From Synechococcus sp. (GTDB lineage: Bacteria > Cyanobacteriota > Cyanobacteriia > PCC-6307 > Cyanobiaceae), in assembly GCA_047285535.1 (NCBI GenBank), contig JBJBDC010000001.1, forward strand, positions 1,920,136 to 1,984,135: a stretch of DNA of 64,000 bases, given 5' to 3'. The notes under the pieces are model-generated. The model was given only the letters and a program-made list of their open reading frames with translations. It was not told the origin of the DNA and did not search any database. The translations under genes and the position numbers were made by a program. Below are positions 1-10,703 of the stretch, one piece after another (within the stretch, counting starts at the first letter, position 1; each line of letters starts with the position of its first letter).

Positions 1-252
1 TGCATCACTTTGAACAAGGGTCGCTCAATGCGAACCAACTCACTATTTTCATAGAGCTAACGAGGCATCAAACGGGGATCAAGGCCTGAAAACAGAACCC
101 GGATTGGCACCAACCAGCACAACTGACATTCACAACAACCACTTGAGTGCAGCAATAAATACCGCGTTTATCATGAAGTACAGAAGACGCTAAAGAGGAA
201 AGCAAACATTCTGAGCTCCCACCTCGTTCAACAACTTTCCAGGCCTCAAACA

Positions 253-567
253 ATGACAACTGAAGCTCACAAAACCAAAAGCCTGAAGATTGCCATTGGT
301 TCATTATCAGCCGCCATGTTCTTAAACGTGGGTTTACCTGCACAGTCCGCACTGCCGCCGCGATATCAAAACGTTAATAACCTGGAAACAATGACGAAGT
401 TCATCAAGCAACACCCCAAAGTTGCCAGCTCCCTTGAGGCCGTCAATGTCAGGGATGCCACGGTTCGGTTTGGTGCAGACTGCAAGGTCATATTCGAGTA
501 TCAAAATACAGGCTTGCTAGGCTCGTATCCGCTGGTCTTCAAGTCTTCCAATTGCCCTATTGATTAA
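253..567 (+). CDS. Small secreted hypothetical protein
   Basis: 104-aa ORF with a signal-peptide-like N-terminus (LKIAIGSLSAAMFLNVGLPAQSA) and two Cys. Confidence 0.55.
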   Translation: MTTEAHKTKSLKIAIGSLSAAMFLNVGLPAQSALPPRYQNVNNLETMTKFIKQHPKVASSLEAVNVRDATVRFGADCKVIFEYQNTGLLGSYPLVFKSSNCPID

Positions 568-1107
568 TACCGCCAATTCAAAACTGGTACGCGAACGGCA
601 ACCCCAACACAGCAAGACAGATTGATTCATAATTCCTATCAACGCCTACTCTAAAAAACACTTGAAAAAGACGTCTCTTCCACCTGCAACATCTTGAAAG
701 CAGATCACTTCCAACCCGCAAACCATGGCCCTCGCTCACGGAATCCCCTCGAACAGGGCAGCCTGACACTTGATAGCCCTCCACTATTCAGAGCCCTGGA
801 GGAAGGTTCAATGGACATGGAGCCAAACCGAATGCATGCCCATCAAAAGCATCAGCCCTGCACTGAATTCACCATCCTCCTTTATCTTCCCGAAAGCGCA
901 CAAGATTTGAGACAGACAATCAATTAATGACACCCAAGTCATCGCATAACAGGAAACAACTCAGTCCCAACTTGCGCCAAAACCCTTTCAACCCAAGAAC
1001 ACAATCGCGAAGATTCGATTCATTCAATTGGCTTAGATCATCCGTTCATTCAAGTTTCACCAACGATATGAGCCGCTGCATGGAGCATTGGGCATCATGA
1101 AGAGACG

Positions 1108-1554
1108 GTGCATCCAACTGATGCCTCGCCGATCCCAGGAGTCCCCATGGCCATCAATGCAGACACGGTTCGTCAAATCTTCTCGCCCCTCGAATCAGGT
1201 GATGGAGAAAAGTTCTTCGAGTGTGTTGCAGAGGATGTTGATTGGACGGTGGAGGGCACCCACCCGCTCGCCGGACACTATCAATCAAAGCAAGAGTTTT
1301 ACAGTCATACCTTTGCGCGACTCAACACTATTCTCCAAGAAGGCACTCAACTACATGTCCAGAATGTGCTCACCGATGGCGATTGGGCGGTCGTGGAATT
1401 GCGTTCCTATGCCTTCGCCAAGAGTGGAATGCGCTTCGACAACCGATACTGCTGGGTTGTTCGCTTCAACGACACCATGATTGTAGAAGTTAGAGCGTAT
1501 CTTGATTCCGCACTGGTCCAACAACTGATCGACGCCAATGAGACCTCTGCCTGA
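1108..1554 (+). CDS. NTF2/SnoaL-like (ketosteroid isomerase-like) protein; the start may be ATG 1147
   Basis: AEDVDWTVEG-HPLAG and FDNRYCWV...EVRAYLDS motifs. Confidence 0.8.
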   Translation: MHPTDASPIPGVPMAINADTVRQIFSPLESGDGEKFFECVAEDVDWTVEGTHPLAGHYQSKQEFYSHTFARLNTILQEGTQLHVQNVLTDGDWAVVELRSYAFAKSGMRFDNRYCWVVRFNDTMIVEVRAYLDSALVQQLIDANETSA

Positions 1555-1662
1555 GTTCGTGACATCGCACTCAACAGCAGTCAAACCACGGCTCGAGCTC
1601 AACGCTTGCGACCACCAAGACAAAAAGGGCCGTTTTAGTGAAGGATTGGCAAGCACATCTTG

Positions 1663-2847
1663 TTAGAGCCTTGTTTCCAGCAATGTCTTGATTTCTGATG
1701 GTGTGAGTGCAATTGGATTATTGCGGTTGCTTGCTGCGTCAACGATTCGATCCAGATCCCCATAGGTCATGCCGTAATCGCTCAAACGAGGAAGCTTGAG
1801 CTCATCCACCCATTGGCCCAGGCAATCCGTGAGGTGATCCACTGCAACCGTGTTCTGAGTGAGGTTGCTGCCACCAGGCATCAAACGGCCAACACGGGCC
1901 ATCCGTTCGACGGCAGGGTGATGGGGATCGCGTTGTTTCAGAGCGCTCCAGTTCTGTTGTTGCACCGCAGCCATCAACGTTCCGCAAATCACCCCGTGAG
2001 GCATCGGAAACCAACCCCCAATCGGCCCCGCCAACCCATGAACAAGTCCCAGGCCGGCATTCGCCAATCCAATCCCTGAGCAGAGAGAGCCATAGGCCAT
2101 GTTCAGTCGAACTTGCGGATCGGCTGATCCGTCCCCACAGGCACGACGCAAATTCGGCACCAAGTGCTGGAGCCCACTCCAGACGATCGCATCGCTCAGA
2201 GGTGACGCCGTTGGGGAGAGAAAGGGCTCAAGCAGCTGCGTGAAGGCATCCATACCGCACGCTGCCGTCACATCAACAGCGGCACCGGTCAAGAGTGCAC
2301 CATCCAGGATCACAGCGCTAGGAACCAAGTTGTCATGGCGCAACGACTTCTTGTAGCCATCAGGGCCCACATGGCTCAGCACTGCATTTTTCGACACCTC
2401 TCCACCGGTTCCTGAAGTGGTGGGAATCGCAAGCAAAGGCAAGGTGATTCCGCTGTGGGGCAGACCACGGCCCACACCTTCCAGGTGATCCAGCACAGAG
2501 TTTCCATGGGGAAGCATTGCGGCAATCGCTTTGCCGCAATCGATCACGCTGCCACCGCCGATGCCAATCACCGCATCAATGCCATGGCCAAACCATTGCT
2601 GCGTGGTGCGATCCACCAGCTCTGTACTGGGTTCCCCAGCGCACACCACATGGTGATGCCTGGTTCCAGCGTCTTCGATCAAGCTTGCCACCACGCTCAG
2701 CTGGCCCATCGCCTCCAGCGAAGCCCGGCCTGTGACAAGAAGAACCGATTCGGCCTGACATGAGCGCAGCCAGGCTGTGATCTGTTGGAGCGTTCCCATT
2801 CCGCAGTGAATCGGTGGAACGCGTGCAAAGGCAAACGAAACCGTCAT
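1663..2847 (-). CDS. Iron-containing alcohol dehydrogenase
   Basis: GIGGGSVIDCGK, AIPTTSGTGGEVS, GMDAFTQ, GLVHGLA and HG motifs; start placed at MTVSF to avoid overlapping the upstream gene. Confidence 0.9.
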   Translation of the reverse strand: MTVSFAFARVPPIHCGMGTLQQITAWLRSCQAESVLLVTGRASLEAMGQLSVVASLIEDAGTRHHHVVCAGEPSTELVDRTTQQWFGHGIDAVIGIGGGSVIDCGKAIAAMLPHGNSVLDHLEGVGRGLPHSGITLPLLAIPTTSGTGGEVSKNAVLSHVGPDGYKKSLRHDNLVPSAVILDGALLTGAAVDVTAACGMDAFTQLLEPFLSPTASPLSDAIVWSGLQHLVPNLRRACGDGSADPQVRLNMAYGSLCSGIGLANAGLGLVHGLAGPIGGWFPMPHGVICGTLMAAVQQQNWSALKQRDPHHPAVERMARVGRLMPGGSNLTQNTVAVDHLTDCLGQWVDELKLPRLSDYGMTYGDLDRIVDAASNRNNPIALTPSEIKTLLETRL

Positions 2848-2869
2848 GAGATCCATCGAGCCCATGGCA

Positions 2870-3160
2870 TCAGGGTGCAACGGATTCGTAGGGAACGCCC
2901 TTTCGCGGTTCAGCCATCCAATCTGCGACGGTTTCTCTCCACTTGAGGTAATGCGCTGTGCTCTTGTGTGCGGCAGCGGAGGCCTCGGATTCGTAAGCCT
3001 CGTAGAGCAGAAACAGGCTGGGGTTGTCTTTGCTTTGGAGGATGTCAAAGCGTTGATTGCCTGCTTCCTGGATGGATTCCTGGTGATTCAGGACGGAGGC
3101 CTGACGAAACTCCTCGATCCGTTCGGGTTTCACGTGGACGTGAACACAGGTGACGTACAT
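2870..3160 (-). CDS. Antibiotic biosynthesis monooxygenase / LsrG-like protein
   Basis: EAGNQRFDILQ...FLLYEAY...AHKSTAHY; same strand as the ADH and 22 bp from it. Confidence 0.85.
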   Translation of the reverse strand: MYVTCVHVHVKPERIEEFRQASVLNHQESIQEAGNQRFDILQSKDNPSLFLLYEAYESEASAAAHKSTAHYLKWRETVADWMAEPRKGVPYESVAP

Positions 3161-3679
3161 CGAAGACCAATGCAACGGTGACTTCCAATCCAACCATCCA
3201 GCGATCCGGCTTCCAAGCGTTCTCCCGCCATCAGGCGATGCAGTGATGGCAGACCAAGCCAACCGCCTGGCATCGCTGCTGCCTCTTATGCAGGGTCGCT
3301 GGAATCTGATCTGAAATGGGCAGCCATGATCGGCGCGATCGGATTGATCAAGGAAGCACCAGCTGCTCTCAACACCTTGCTTCAGCAAAGAAGGCTTCGG
3401 CGTCCTTAGCAGGACAACAGGATTTGTATTAAAGAAGTTTCCATGCCACGCCTAACCACAAGCGACCAGCTCATTCACCACAACAGGGCTAAACAGCTTG
3501 GTGACGCTTCAGCCCAGCCATCCACAGTTAGCGAGATTCAGCAGAGCAACATCACGGAATCGTTCACATCAAAAGCTCACAAAAGAGTCATCTTTTGATT
3601 TGAGCTAAACTTCAATATTCATACACTAAGGCATCGATTCAGTCCTTCAACCCTTGCAAACCATCGAGCTGAATTCAAC

Positions 3680-4528
3680 ATGCATTGGCCGTATGACCTC
3701 AACAATCCAACAAGAACGTACAAACTCCCGAACAAGTACAAAGAGATCTCAGGAATCACACCATGCGCAGATTCGAACTGTCTGGCCTTTGTGCAAGATG
3801 AAGCCATCCAACTATTCACTTTTGACCTTGAGGATCAAAACATTACGGAATACGAGAAACATCAATCCGGCGATGCAGAAGACCTCGTCATCGTTGGATC
3901 CAACGCCTATCTCTTACAAGCAGGAAAACAACCGTCCCTGTACAAAATCACTAACTTTGCAAGCTCACATGCACCAATTGAACGCTACGACTTAAATCTC
4001 AGCACAAAGCATGATCCAGAGGGTTTATGCCTGGATACCAAGCACCACCGCCTTCTGATTGCCTGCAAAGGATCTCCCATTGAAGACGACACCGATCGAG
4101 CAATCTTTGCCTTCGATCTCCAATCAGCCACAAGACTGGATTCACCTGTACTCACAATCGATTGCCAAAAGTTTCTAGGTGAATCACCCGATCGATTTCA
4201 TCCTTCAGGGATCGCGATACATCCTCAAACCAATGACATTTACATCATTGGTTCTAAAGGCATCAAGATAATCGTTTGCTATGGAATGGATGGCCAGTGG
4301 AAAGGAGCTTGGGAGCTGGATAAGCATCACTTTCTCCAACCTGAAGGCATCACATTCCTCAACTCTGGAGAACTAGTGATCTGCAGCGAAGGCAAAAAAG
4401 GCAAAAAAGCCAGAATCATGACATTTGCAAGAGATGATCAATCCCAAGAGAAGCTCTCAGATGGATCTCCAATCAAGATCAAGGAATCGAATGACAATGG
4501 CATCCATCAAACCAAGCCTTCAGATTGA
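3680..4528 (+). CDS. SdiA-regulated/YjiK-like beta-propeller protein
   Basis: Repeated EISGI, DAEDL, DPEGL, HPSGIA and QPEGITF blade motifs. Confidence 0.75.
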   Translation: MHWPYDLNNPTRTYKLPNKYKEISGITPCADSNCLAFVQDEAIQLFTFDLEDQNITEYEKHQSGDAEDLVIVGSNAYLLQAGKQPSLYKITNFASSHAPIERYDLNLSTKHDPEGLCLDTKHHRLLIACKGSPIEDDTDRAIFAFDLQSATRLDSPVLTIDCQKFLGESPDRFHPSGIAIHPQTNDIYIIGSKGIKIIVCYGMDGQWKGAWELDKHHFLQPEGITFLNSGELVICSEGKKGKKARIMTFARDDQSQEKLSDGSPIKIKESNDNGIHQTKPSD

Positions 4529-4643
4529 TGTCTGGAGATCAATCCTGACGACTAACACAGGCGCAAGTCCATGATCAAAAACGAAGAGATGGACATTTAA
4601 ATCTGGGCGATTCGATTCTGAAAGCTCAAGCAGCACCCTGGAC

Positions 4644-4675
4644 AATGAATTGTTTGATTAATCAATCAATTCATT
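4644..4675. repeat. 32-bp near-perfect AT-rich palindrome
   Basis: aatgaattgtttgattaatcaatcaattcatt, with one mismatched pair. Confidence 0.6.
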
Positions 4676-4747
4676 CATTGATTCATTCAAAGTTTCAGAC
4701 GACACACCCTGAGTTCATGGTTCGGTGATCATCAAGCTCTGCCTTCT

Positions 4748-5197
4748 TCACATCCGCTCCAACGTTCAATTCTCAACAATCCGAGACCAACCTTGAGCGT
4801 ATCGGCCGTGAACCGGCAAAGCGCCAGGCGTGATGGCAGCGCATCAGCGTCAGCCTTAAGTACCGGCACCTGCTCGTCGAAGCGGATGAACACCTGGCTG
4901 AGCTCAAAGAGATCGGCGCAGAGGCGATTGAGCAGCAACTCCTCCTCCACCTCGGCGATCACCGCATCGAACTTCAGCAGCTCACACATCAAGGACCACT
5001 CCTGGGGCTCGCTGAACTACAGCATTCCCGCCTCGGCCTCAGGATCTCCTCCCTTGCGCACGATCCCGGCGATGCGCACCTCCGCATAAAACAGATAGGG
5101 GGCTTTGTTCCCCTGCAAGGCCAGCATCCGATCGAAGCTGAACTGGTAAGTCGTGATCCGGTTCTGACTAAGGTCGGCGTACTTCACCGCCGCCAGC
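4748..5197 (-). pseudogene. argS: Diverged partial copy of the argS 3' end (anticodon-binding domain)
   Basis: [30 protein letters not shown]...[17 protein letters not shown] aligns with 8055-8507; in-frame TAG at about 5017 and a frameshift near the end. Confidence 0.9.
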
Positions 5198-5644
5198 AAA
5201 ATTCAAAATGAGCTGAGCATGGATCTCTTCCTTCTCATGCAAGAGAATCACCGGCCAAGAAGAGCCTATCTTGACCAACCATCTTTTCAACAAGACTGGA
5301 TAGATCGATCCGGCAACCATGATCCTTATACGACAAGATGAAATCTTTCACTCACCTGCGTTCTTTCAGCAGCCAATCAGCAAGTGATCCTCTGTCCCTG
5401 ATTTCTCATCAAAGCTTGACCCAGTAAGGTCAGCACTCGCAACATCAACAGAACAAATATTAGGAGCAAAACAGAAGAGACTGTGCCGAAAGAGATTTTG
5501 CATAACGATTTGAAGTACAACCGCATTCATGCCCTGTCAATTGCCTCTATCAACCTTTTTCGTCAAGAAAATACATCCGGCCTTACCAAGGCAATGACGA
5601 AACTATTCACAGGATTTATGCTTGGCTGAGCAAGCAAATTTCCA

Positions 5645-7111
5645 GTGGCTAATTATACTCAAGCAACAAATAAACCTACCCTCAGTAGAAGAAGAATTCT
5701 TCAGGGAGGCCTCGCCGGTGCAGGCCTGGTCGCTGCCAACGGGCTGAGAACGGCGCAAGCACAGAGCAGAAACAACAGGTCAGTCCTGCATTCCAGCTCA
5801 GCAGACGACTACATACCAACTCCATCGAGAACAAATTATGACTTCATTGTTCAACAAACAACATTAAACCCTGATGGGCAAAAGCCAATGCCAGGGATCA
5901 CAGTCAATGGGGAATTCCCTGGCCCTGAAATTAGGATCAAAAAGGGGGAGCAAGTCCGAATCCTGATGCAGAATTCACTTGCAAATGAACCCACGCTGCT
6001 GCACTGGCACGGGTTGCTTTTACCTGCCGGGATGGATGGCGTCCCAGGCGTTTCAAATCAAGCCACTCCTAGCCGGGAGATGTTTGTTTTCGAGTACCCG
6101 ATTCGGCAAAGCGGCAGTTACTGGTACCACTCGCACCAGGGACTGCAAGAGCAGATTGGTCTGTTTGGGGCATACATCATCGAAGATCCAGATGAACCAA
6201 ACCAAGCTGACAGAGATGCTGTGGTCTTGATCAGCGATTGGCTACATCGCGATCCTTACAAGGTGCTGAAAAACCTCGAGGAACCAGAATCAGAGAACCA
6301 AAAGAAATCCTCTGAACCCGACCTCGCTGATATTGATTATGAGTCCTATCTGATCAACGGAAAAAGCAACAACAAACCCTGGACAATGGAAGTCGAGACG
6401 GGTCAGAGCCTGCGTTTACGGGTCACCGGTGCCGGCGCCTCAACTTATTTTCGCATCTCTCTCGATGAACACGACATGGAAATCACGCATGTCAATGGAC
6501 CGGCTGTCGAACCTGTCTTGGTTGACGAATTCCTCATCGGTCCGGGCGAAGGGTATGACGCGCGTGTTCGGATCAAACAGTCCGGAAGTTACACACTCCA
6601 CGCCGTCACCCAAGAGGGTGATGCCCAAGTTGTAGGGGTAATCCATACACCTGGCGCCTTAAAAAAGCCCAACTTAGACATCCCCAAGCCTGGAAATCGT
6701 CCATTGCAGTTATCGATGTTGCGGGCGATTGAACCAACAACTTTACCGCCAGGTCCGCGACGAGATCTACGCGTCGAGCTTGGTGGTGACATGCAAAATT
6801 ACATCTGGACGATGAATGGACAGGCCTATCCGAACGCAGAACCCTTGGTCATTGGCGCTGGTGAACAGGTCGGCATCAAGTTAGTCAATAAAACCATGAT
6901 GTGGCATCCCATGCATCTCCACGGTCACTTTTTCCGAACCTTGGTTGGGGGTGGAGAACGTGCGCCATTGATGCACACAGTTAGCGTGCCACCACGAAAA
7001 ACCATCGACATTGAATTCACTGCCGACAACCCCGGATCTTGGTTCTTTCACTGTCACAATGCGTACCACCTTGAGGCAGGCATGGCACGCGAAATTATTT
7101 ACCAGGTTTAA
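5645..7111 (+). CDS. Tat-exported multicopper oxidase (CopA/PcoA-like)
   Basis: Twin-arginine signal LSRRRILQ; copper motifs HWHG, WYHSH, HPMHLHGH and HCHNAYH. Confidence 0.92.
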   Translation: MANYTQATNKPTLSRRRILQGGLAGAGLVAANGLRTAQAQSRNNRSVLHSSSADDYIPTPSRTNYDFIVQQTTLNPDGQKPMPGITVNGEFPGPEIRIKKGEQVRILMQNSLANEPTLLHWHGLLLPAGMDGVPGVSNQATPSREMFVFEYPIRQSGSYWYHSHQGLQEQIGLFGAYIIEDPDEPNQADRDAVVLISDWLHRDPYKVLKNLEEPESENQKKSSEPDLADIDYESYLINGKSNNKPWTMEVETGQSLRLRVTGAGASTYFRISLDEHDMEITHVNGPAVEPVLVDEFLIGPGEGYDARVRIKQSGSYTLHAVTQEGDAQVVGVIHTPGALKKPNLDIPKPGNRPLQLSMLRAIEPTTLPPGPRRDLRVELGGDMQNYIWTMNGQAYPNAEPLVIGAGEQVGIKLVNKTMMWHPMHLHGHFFRTLVGGGERAPLMHTVSVPPRKTIDIEFTADNPGSWFFHCHNAYHLEAGMAREIIYQV

Positions 7112-7391
7112 AGAATGATCCACTTCAAATATCATTTTTGCAGCCTAAAAACCTTCCATTCATCACATCTCACCATATCCACTGTGCCCAACTGGCGATC
7201 AACGTCAGTTGTTCAGTCAAGCTAGAGATTGAACCTCATCAGAGCTCACGACTTGGATCCCGCACACCATGTAAATGTCAGCCACCGAGGCTGCACGGCG
7301 TGAGTTAACGGTGAGGAAACAAAACCCATGCAATGTCTCAACCGCCTTGTTCATTGCTCATGCCGTGATCAATGAAGCTGCGCGCAAGGCA

Positions 7392-7631
7392 TCAGCTCAA
7401 CTCAACAACCTCACGCAGTCGTGCTGACAGCCCACGGCGATCAAGAGCCGCGAGCAATGCCAACAACAAAAGCACCCTTGCTTTCTGGGGATTGAGGCTG
7501 CCGATGCACAGGCCCCGAACCGCAGCGGTTGGCCCGCAGCATCAGCGGCCCAGACCCCGGACTGGACAACGCCCCACCCCTTGAGTCGACACCTTGGTGA
7601 CGGCGCGGGCGCCATGGATCTGACCATCCAT
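7392..7631 (-). pseudogene. ansA: L-asparaginase remnant with internal deletions
   Basis: Hand translation gives VVMDGQIHGARAVTKVSTQGVG / SSPGSGPL / MLRANRCGSGPVH / GSLNPQKARVLLLLAL, asparaginase motifs in order but in shifted frames. Confidence 0.75.
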
Positions 7632-8040
7632 CACCACCACCAGCGTCTAGGGCGCGGTGATCGCCAACTCGATGATTCGATCCGGCAGTAATCGGGTGCC
7701 TGTGGGGTTATTGGGATTGCAGATCAACAGCAATCGCGTTGGTTGCTGCTGCAACACCTCAGTGACAGCAGCCAATGGAAACACGAACGACTCCCCCTCG
7801 TAGGGAATGACCTCGATCGCCATCCCCTGCAGGCCAGCACAGGGGCTGTAGTAGCCAAAAGTAGGTGCGGTGGTGAGCAACGGATCCCCAGGATCGCCTG
7901 AGGTCAGGAACACCGCATCAATCGCGGCCTCAACAGCGTTGAACAGCCCCACCTGATCGGGCTTCAACCTCGGCGGCAGCCGCTTTCTTTCAAATTCTGC
8001 ACCACGGCCTGTTGCAGCCCGTCGTACTCCGGGCAAACGG
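7632..8040 (-). pseudogene. hisC: Histidinol-phosphate aminotransferase (class I/II PLP enzyme) fragment
   Basis: EYDGLQQAV, PTFGYY and ICNPNNPTG motifs; lacks the N-terminus and PLP-lysine region; stop at 7647. Confidence 0.75.
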
Positions 8041-8054
8041 TGTGTTGTTGGCAC

Positions 8055-9830
8055 TCACATACGGTCCAGGGTGGGAATGCCCAGCAGACCGAGCCCCAGC
8101 CTGAGGGTGTCTGCCGTCAAACGACAGAGGGCCAAACGAGATGGCAGGACCTCCGAATCAGCCTTGAGCACCGGCACCTGGTCGTAGAAGCGGTTGAACA
8201 CCTGGCTGAGCTCAAAGAGATAAGTGCAGAGACGATTGGGCAGCAACTCCTCTTCCACCTCGGCGATCACCGCATCGAACTTCAGCAGTTCGCGCACCAA
8301 CGCCCATTCCTGCGGCTCACTGAACTGCAATTGCGCCGTTGCAGCCGCATCCAGATCACCCCCCTTGCGGGCGATCCCGGCGATCCGCACCACCGCATAC
8401 AGCAGATAGGGCGCCGTGTTGCCCTGCAGCGCCAGCATCCGATCGAAGGAGAACTGGTAGTTGGTGATCCGGTTCTGGCTGAGATCGGCATACTTCACCG
8501 CCGCCAACCCAACGGTGCCAGCCGCATGGTTGATGAACTCCTCCGATTCCGAGCGATCCTCCTCCTGCAGGCGAGCACGCAGATCAGTCTCCGATCGCTC
8601 CACCGCTTCATCGAGCAGATCACGCAAGCGCACGGTGTCGCCTGAGCGAGTCTTGAGCTTCTTGCCGTCCTCCCCCTGCACCAACCCAAAGGGCACGTGT
8701 TGCAGGCGCGCCCCCTCCGGAATCCAACCAGCCCGTTCCGCCACCTGAAACACACCCGCGAAGTGATTCGCCTGGCCCGCATCGGTCACGTAGATCACCC
8801 GCCGGGCACCATCGCCATCCGGCAATGCCGCGAAGCGATAGCGGATCGCAGCCAGATCGGTTGTGGCGTAGTTGAAGCCGCCATCACTTTTCTGCACAAT
8901 CACCGGCAAGGGCTTACCGTCCTTGCCTTTCACACCCTCAAGGAACACACACTCCGCGCCATCGTCGGTGACCAGCAGGCCGGTTTGCTTCAACCCCGCA
9001 ATCACCGCTGGTAAGAACGGGTTGTAAAACGATTCGCCGCGTTCGCTCAGGCGGATGTCAAGCCGGTCATAGATCTTCTGAAACTCACGCCGTGACTGAT
9101 CACAGAGCAAGCCCCAGGCCTTGAGCGACAAGGGATCCCCGCCCTGCAGTTTCACCACCTCCTCTCGGGATGTGGTCTGAAACGCTTCGTCGTCATCGAA
9201 GCGCTTCTTGGCCTCGCGATAGAAGGCCACCAGATCTCCGAGATCAACCGCATCAGCCGTCTCCAGCGCTTCTGGCGCCACTTGCTTGAGGTGGGTGATC
9301 AGCATGCCGAACTGGGTGCCCCAATCACCCACATGGTTCAAGCGCAAAACAGGATGGCCACGGAACTCCAGCACCCGCGCCAGGGAATCGCCGATGATCG
9401 TGGAGCGCAGATGGCCCACGTGCATCTCCTTGGCGATGTTGGGGCTGGAGAAATCCACAATCACCGGCGCCCCGTTCTCCACGGCCGGCACCCCGAGCCG
9501 TTCATCCCCCAGCCGGGAGGCCACCTCGGCCGCCAAGCGCTCCGGACGGATCGTGAGGTTGATGAAGCCTGGGCCCGCGATCTGAGGCTCGAGGCACAGG
9601 GCTGTGAACTCGGCATCAGCCTGCAACTGCTCCACGATCGCCGCAGCGATCTGACGCGGCGCCTGCTTCAGGGGCTTCGCCAGGGGCAAGGCTCCATTGG
9701 CCTGGAAATCACCAAATTCAGGCTTGCTCGCTGCTGCCAGCTGGGGATCAAGCAGGGCGTCCACCTCCGGAAAGGCACGCTGCATCGCACCACGCAACTG
9801 GGTGTCTAGAGCCTGGGCGATGCGCAGCAT
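8055..9830 (-). CDS. argS: Arginine--tRNA ligase
   Basis: [31 protein letters not shown] and KLKTRSG motifs; C-terminal ..DRM. Confidence 0.98.
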   Translation of the reverse strand: MLRIAQALDTQLRGAMQRAFPEVDALLDPQLAAASKPEFGDFQANGALPLAKPLKQAPRQIAAAIVEQLQADAEFTALCLEPQIAGPGFINLTIRPERLAAEVASRLGDERLGVPAVENGAPVIVDFSSPNIAKEMHVGHLRSTIIGDSLARVLEFRGHPVLRLNHVGDWGTQFGMLITHLKQVAPEALETADAVDLGDLVAFYREAKKRFDDDEAFQTTSREEVVKLQGGDPLSLKAWGLLCDQSRREFQKIYDRLDIRLSERGESFYNPFLPAVIAGLKQTGLLVTDDGAECVFLEGVKGKDGKPLPVIVQKSDGGFNYATTDLAAIRYRFAALPDGDGARRVIYVTDAGQANHFAGVFQVAERAGWIPEGARLQHVPFGLVQGEDGKKLKTRSGDTVRLRDLLDEAVERSETDLRARLQEEDRSESEEFINHAAGTVGLAAVKYADLSQNRITNYQFSFDRMLALQGNTAPYLLYAVVRIAGIARKGGDLDAAATAQLQFSEPQEWALVRELLKFDAVIAEVEEELLPNRLCTYLFELSQVFNRFYDQVPVLKADSEVLPSRLALCRLTADTLRLGLGLLGIPTLDRM

Positions 9831-10022
9831 GGAAAGCAGCGGTGAACGAAGTCAGCTCCTGATCATCCCCCGGCGCGGGGGTGCCCTCAGGCCCCGATTC
9901 ACCCAGCTGCCGCTGAAGACAGGCTCCAACCATCCGAACCAAGGCACGAGCAGAGAATCAGAGACGCCCATGCCGGCAACAGACAGGCCGACTACTCTCA
10001 GATCTTATAAAAGGGAAAACGA

Positions 10023-10673
10023 TTGGACCGCAAGATCTTCTACGACTGCATTCGAGATGATCTGTTCAACGGGGTGCTGAGGCAGCAGAACGTGAATGGC
10101 ATGGAGGCCATCCTGAACTTCTGGGACTCTCCACCCAACCCACCAACAGGCGAGTTCAAAACCAACTGGGACATCCGCTCCATCGGCTGGCTGGCTTACA
10201 TGCTCGCCACCACGAAACATGAGACCGCCTCCACGATGCAACCGATTGATGAATACGGAGATACCGCCTATTTCACACGGATGTATGAAAATCGCTCTGA
10301 CCTTGGCAACAACCAGCCTGGTGATGGAGCCAGATTTCATGGGAGGGGATTTGTGCAGCTCACAGGCCGAACTAACTACACGAAAATGACCGGGGTGGTG
10401 CAATCCATCTTCCCCGACGCACCCGATTTCACTGAACACCCTGATGCGGTCAAAGATGACCGCTATGCGGCAGTGATCATGTTTGACGGCATGTTTTGTG
10501 GAATTTTCACCGGATGGGCTCTCAAGAACTTCATCGGAGATCCTCACAAGGGCCAAATTGTGGACTACTTTCACGCCCGCAAAATCATCAACGGCATGGA
10601 CAAAGCCGATCTGATTGAAAGTTATGCCAAAAAATTCTCTACCGCACTCGACAAAGCAGGAGCAACCGCATGA
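10023..10673 (+). CDS. Glycoside hydrolase family 19 (chitinase/endolysin-like)
   Basis: AYMLATTKHET...E, FHGRGFVQLTGRTNY and ARKIING motifs; TTG start after an AGGGA RBS-like sequence. Confidence 0.85.
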   Translation: MDRKIFYDCIRDDLFNGVLRQQNVNGMEAILNFWDSPPNPPTGEFKTNWDIRSIGWLAYMLATTKHETASTMQPIDEYGDTAYFTRMYENRSDLGNNQPGDGARFHGRGFVQLTGRTNYTKMTGVVQSIFPDAPDFTEHPDAVKDDRYAAVIMFDGMFCGIFTGWALKNFIGDPHKGQIVDYFHARKIINGMDKADLIESYAKKFSTALDKAGATA

Positions 10674-10703
10674 ATGGTTTCAAGGATTGCTGAACTGACC
10701 CTC

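Noticed and set aside
2848..3388. N-terminal extensions of the ADH (to 3048) and ABM (to 3388) ORFs
   Set aside because: They overlap another gene or lack similarity; the family motifs start at 2847 and 3160.
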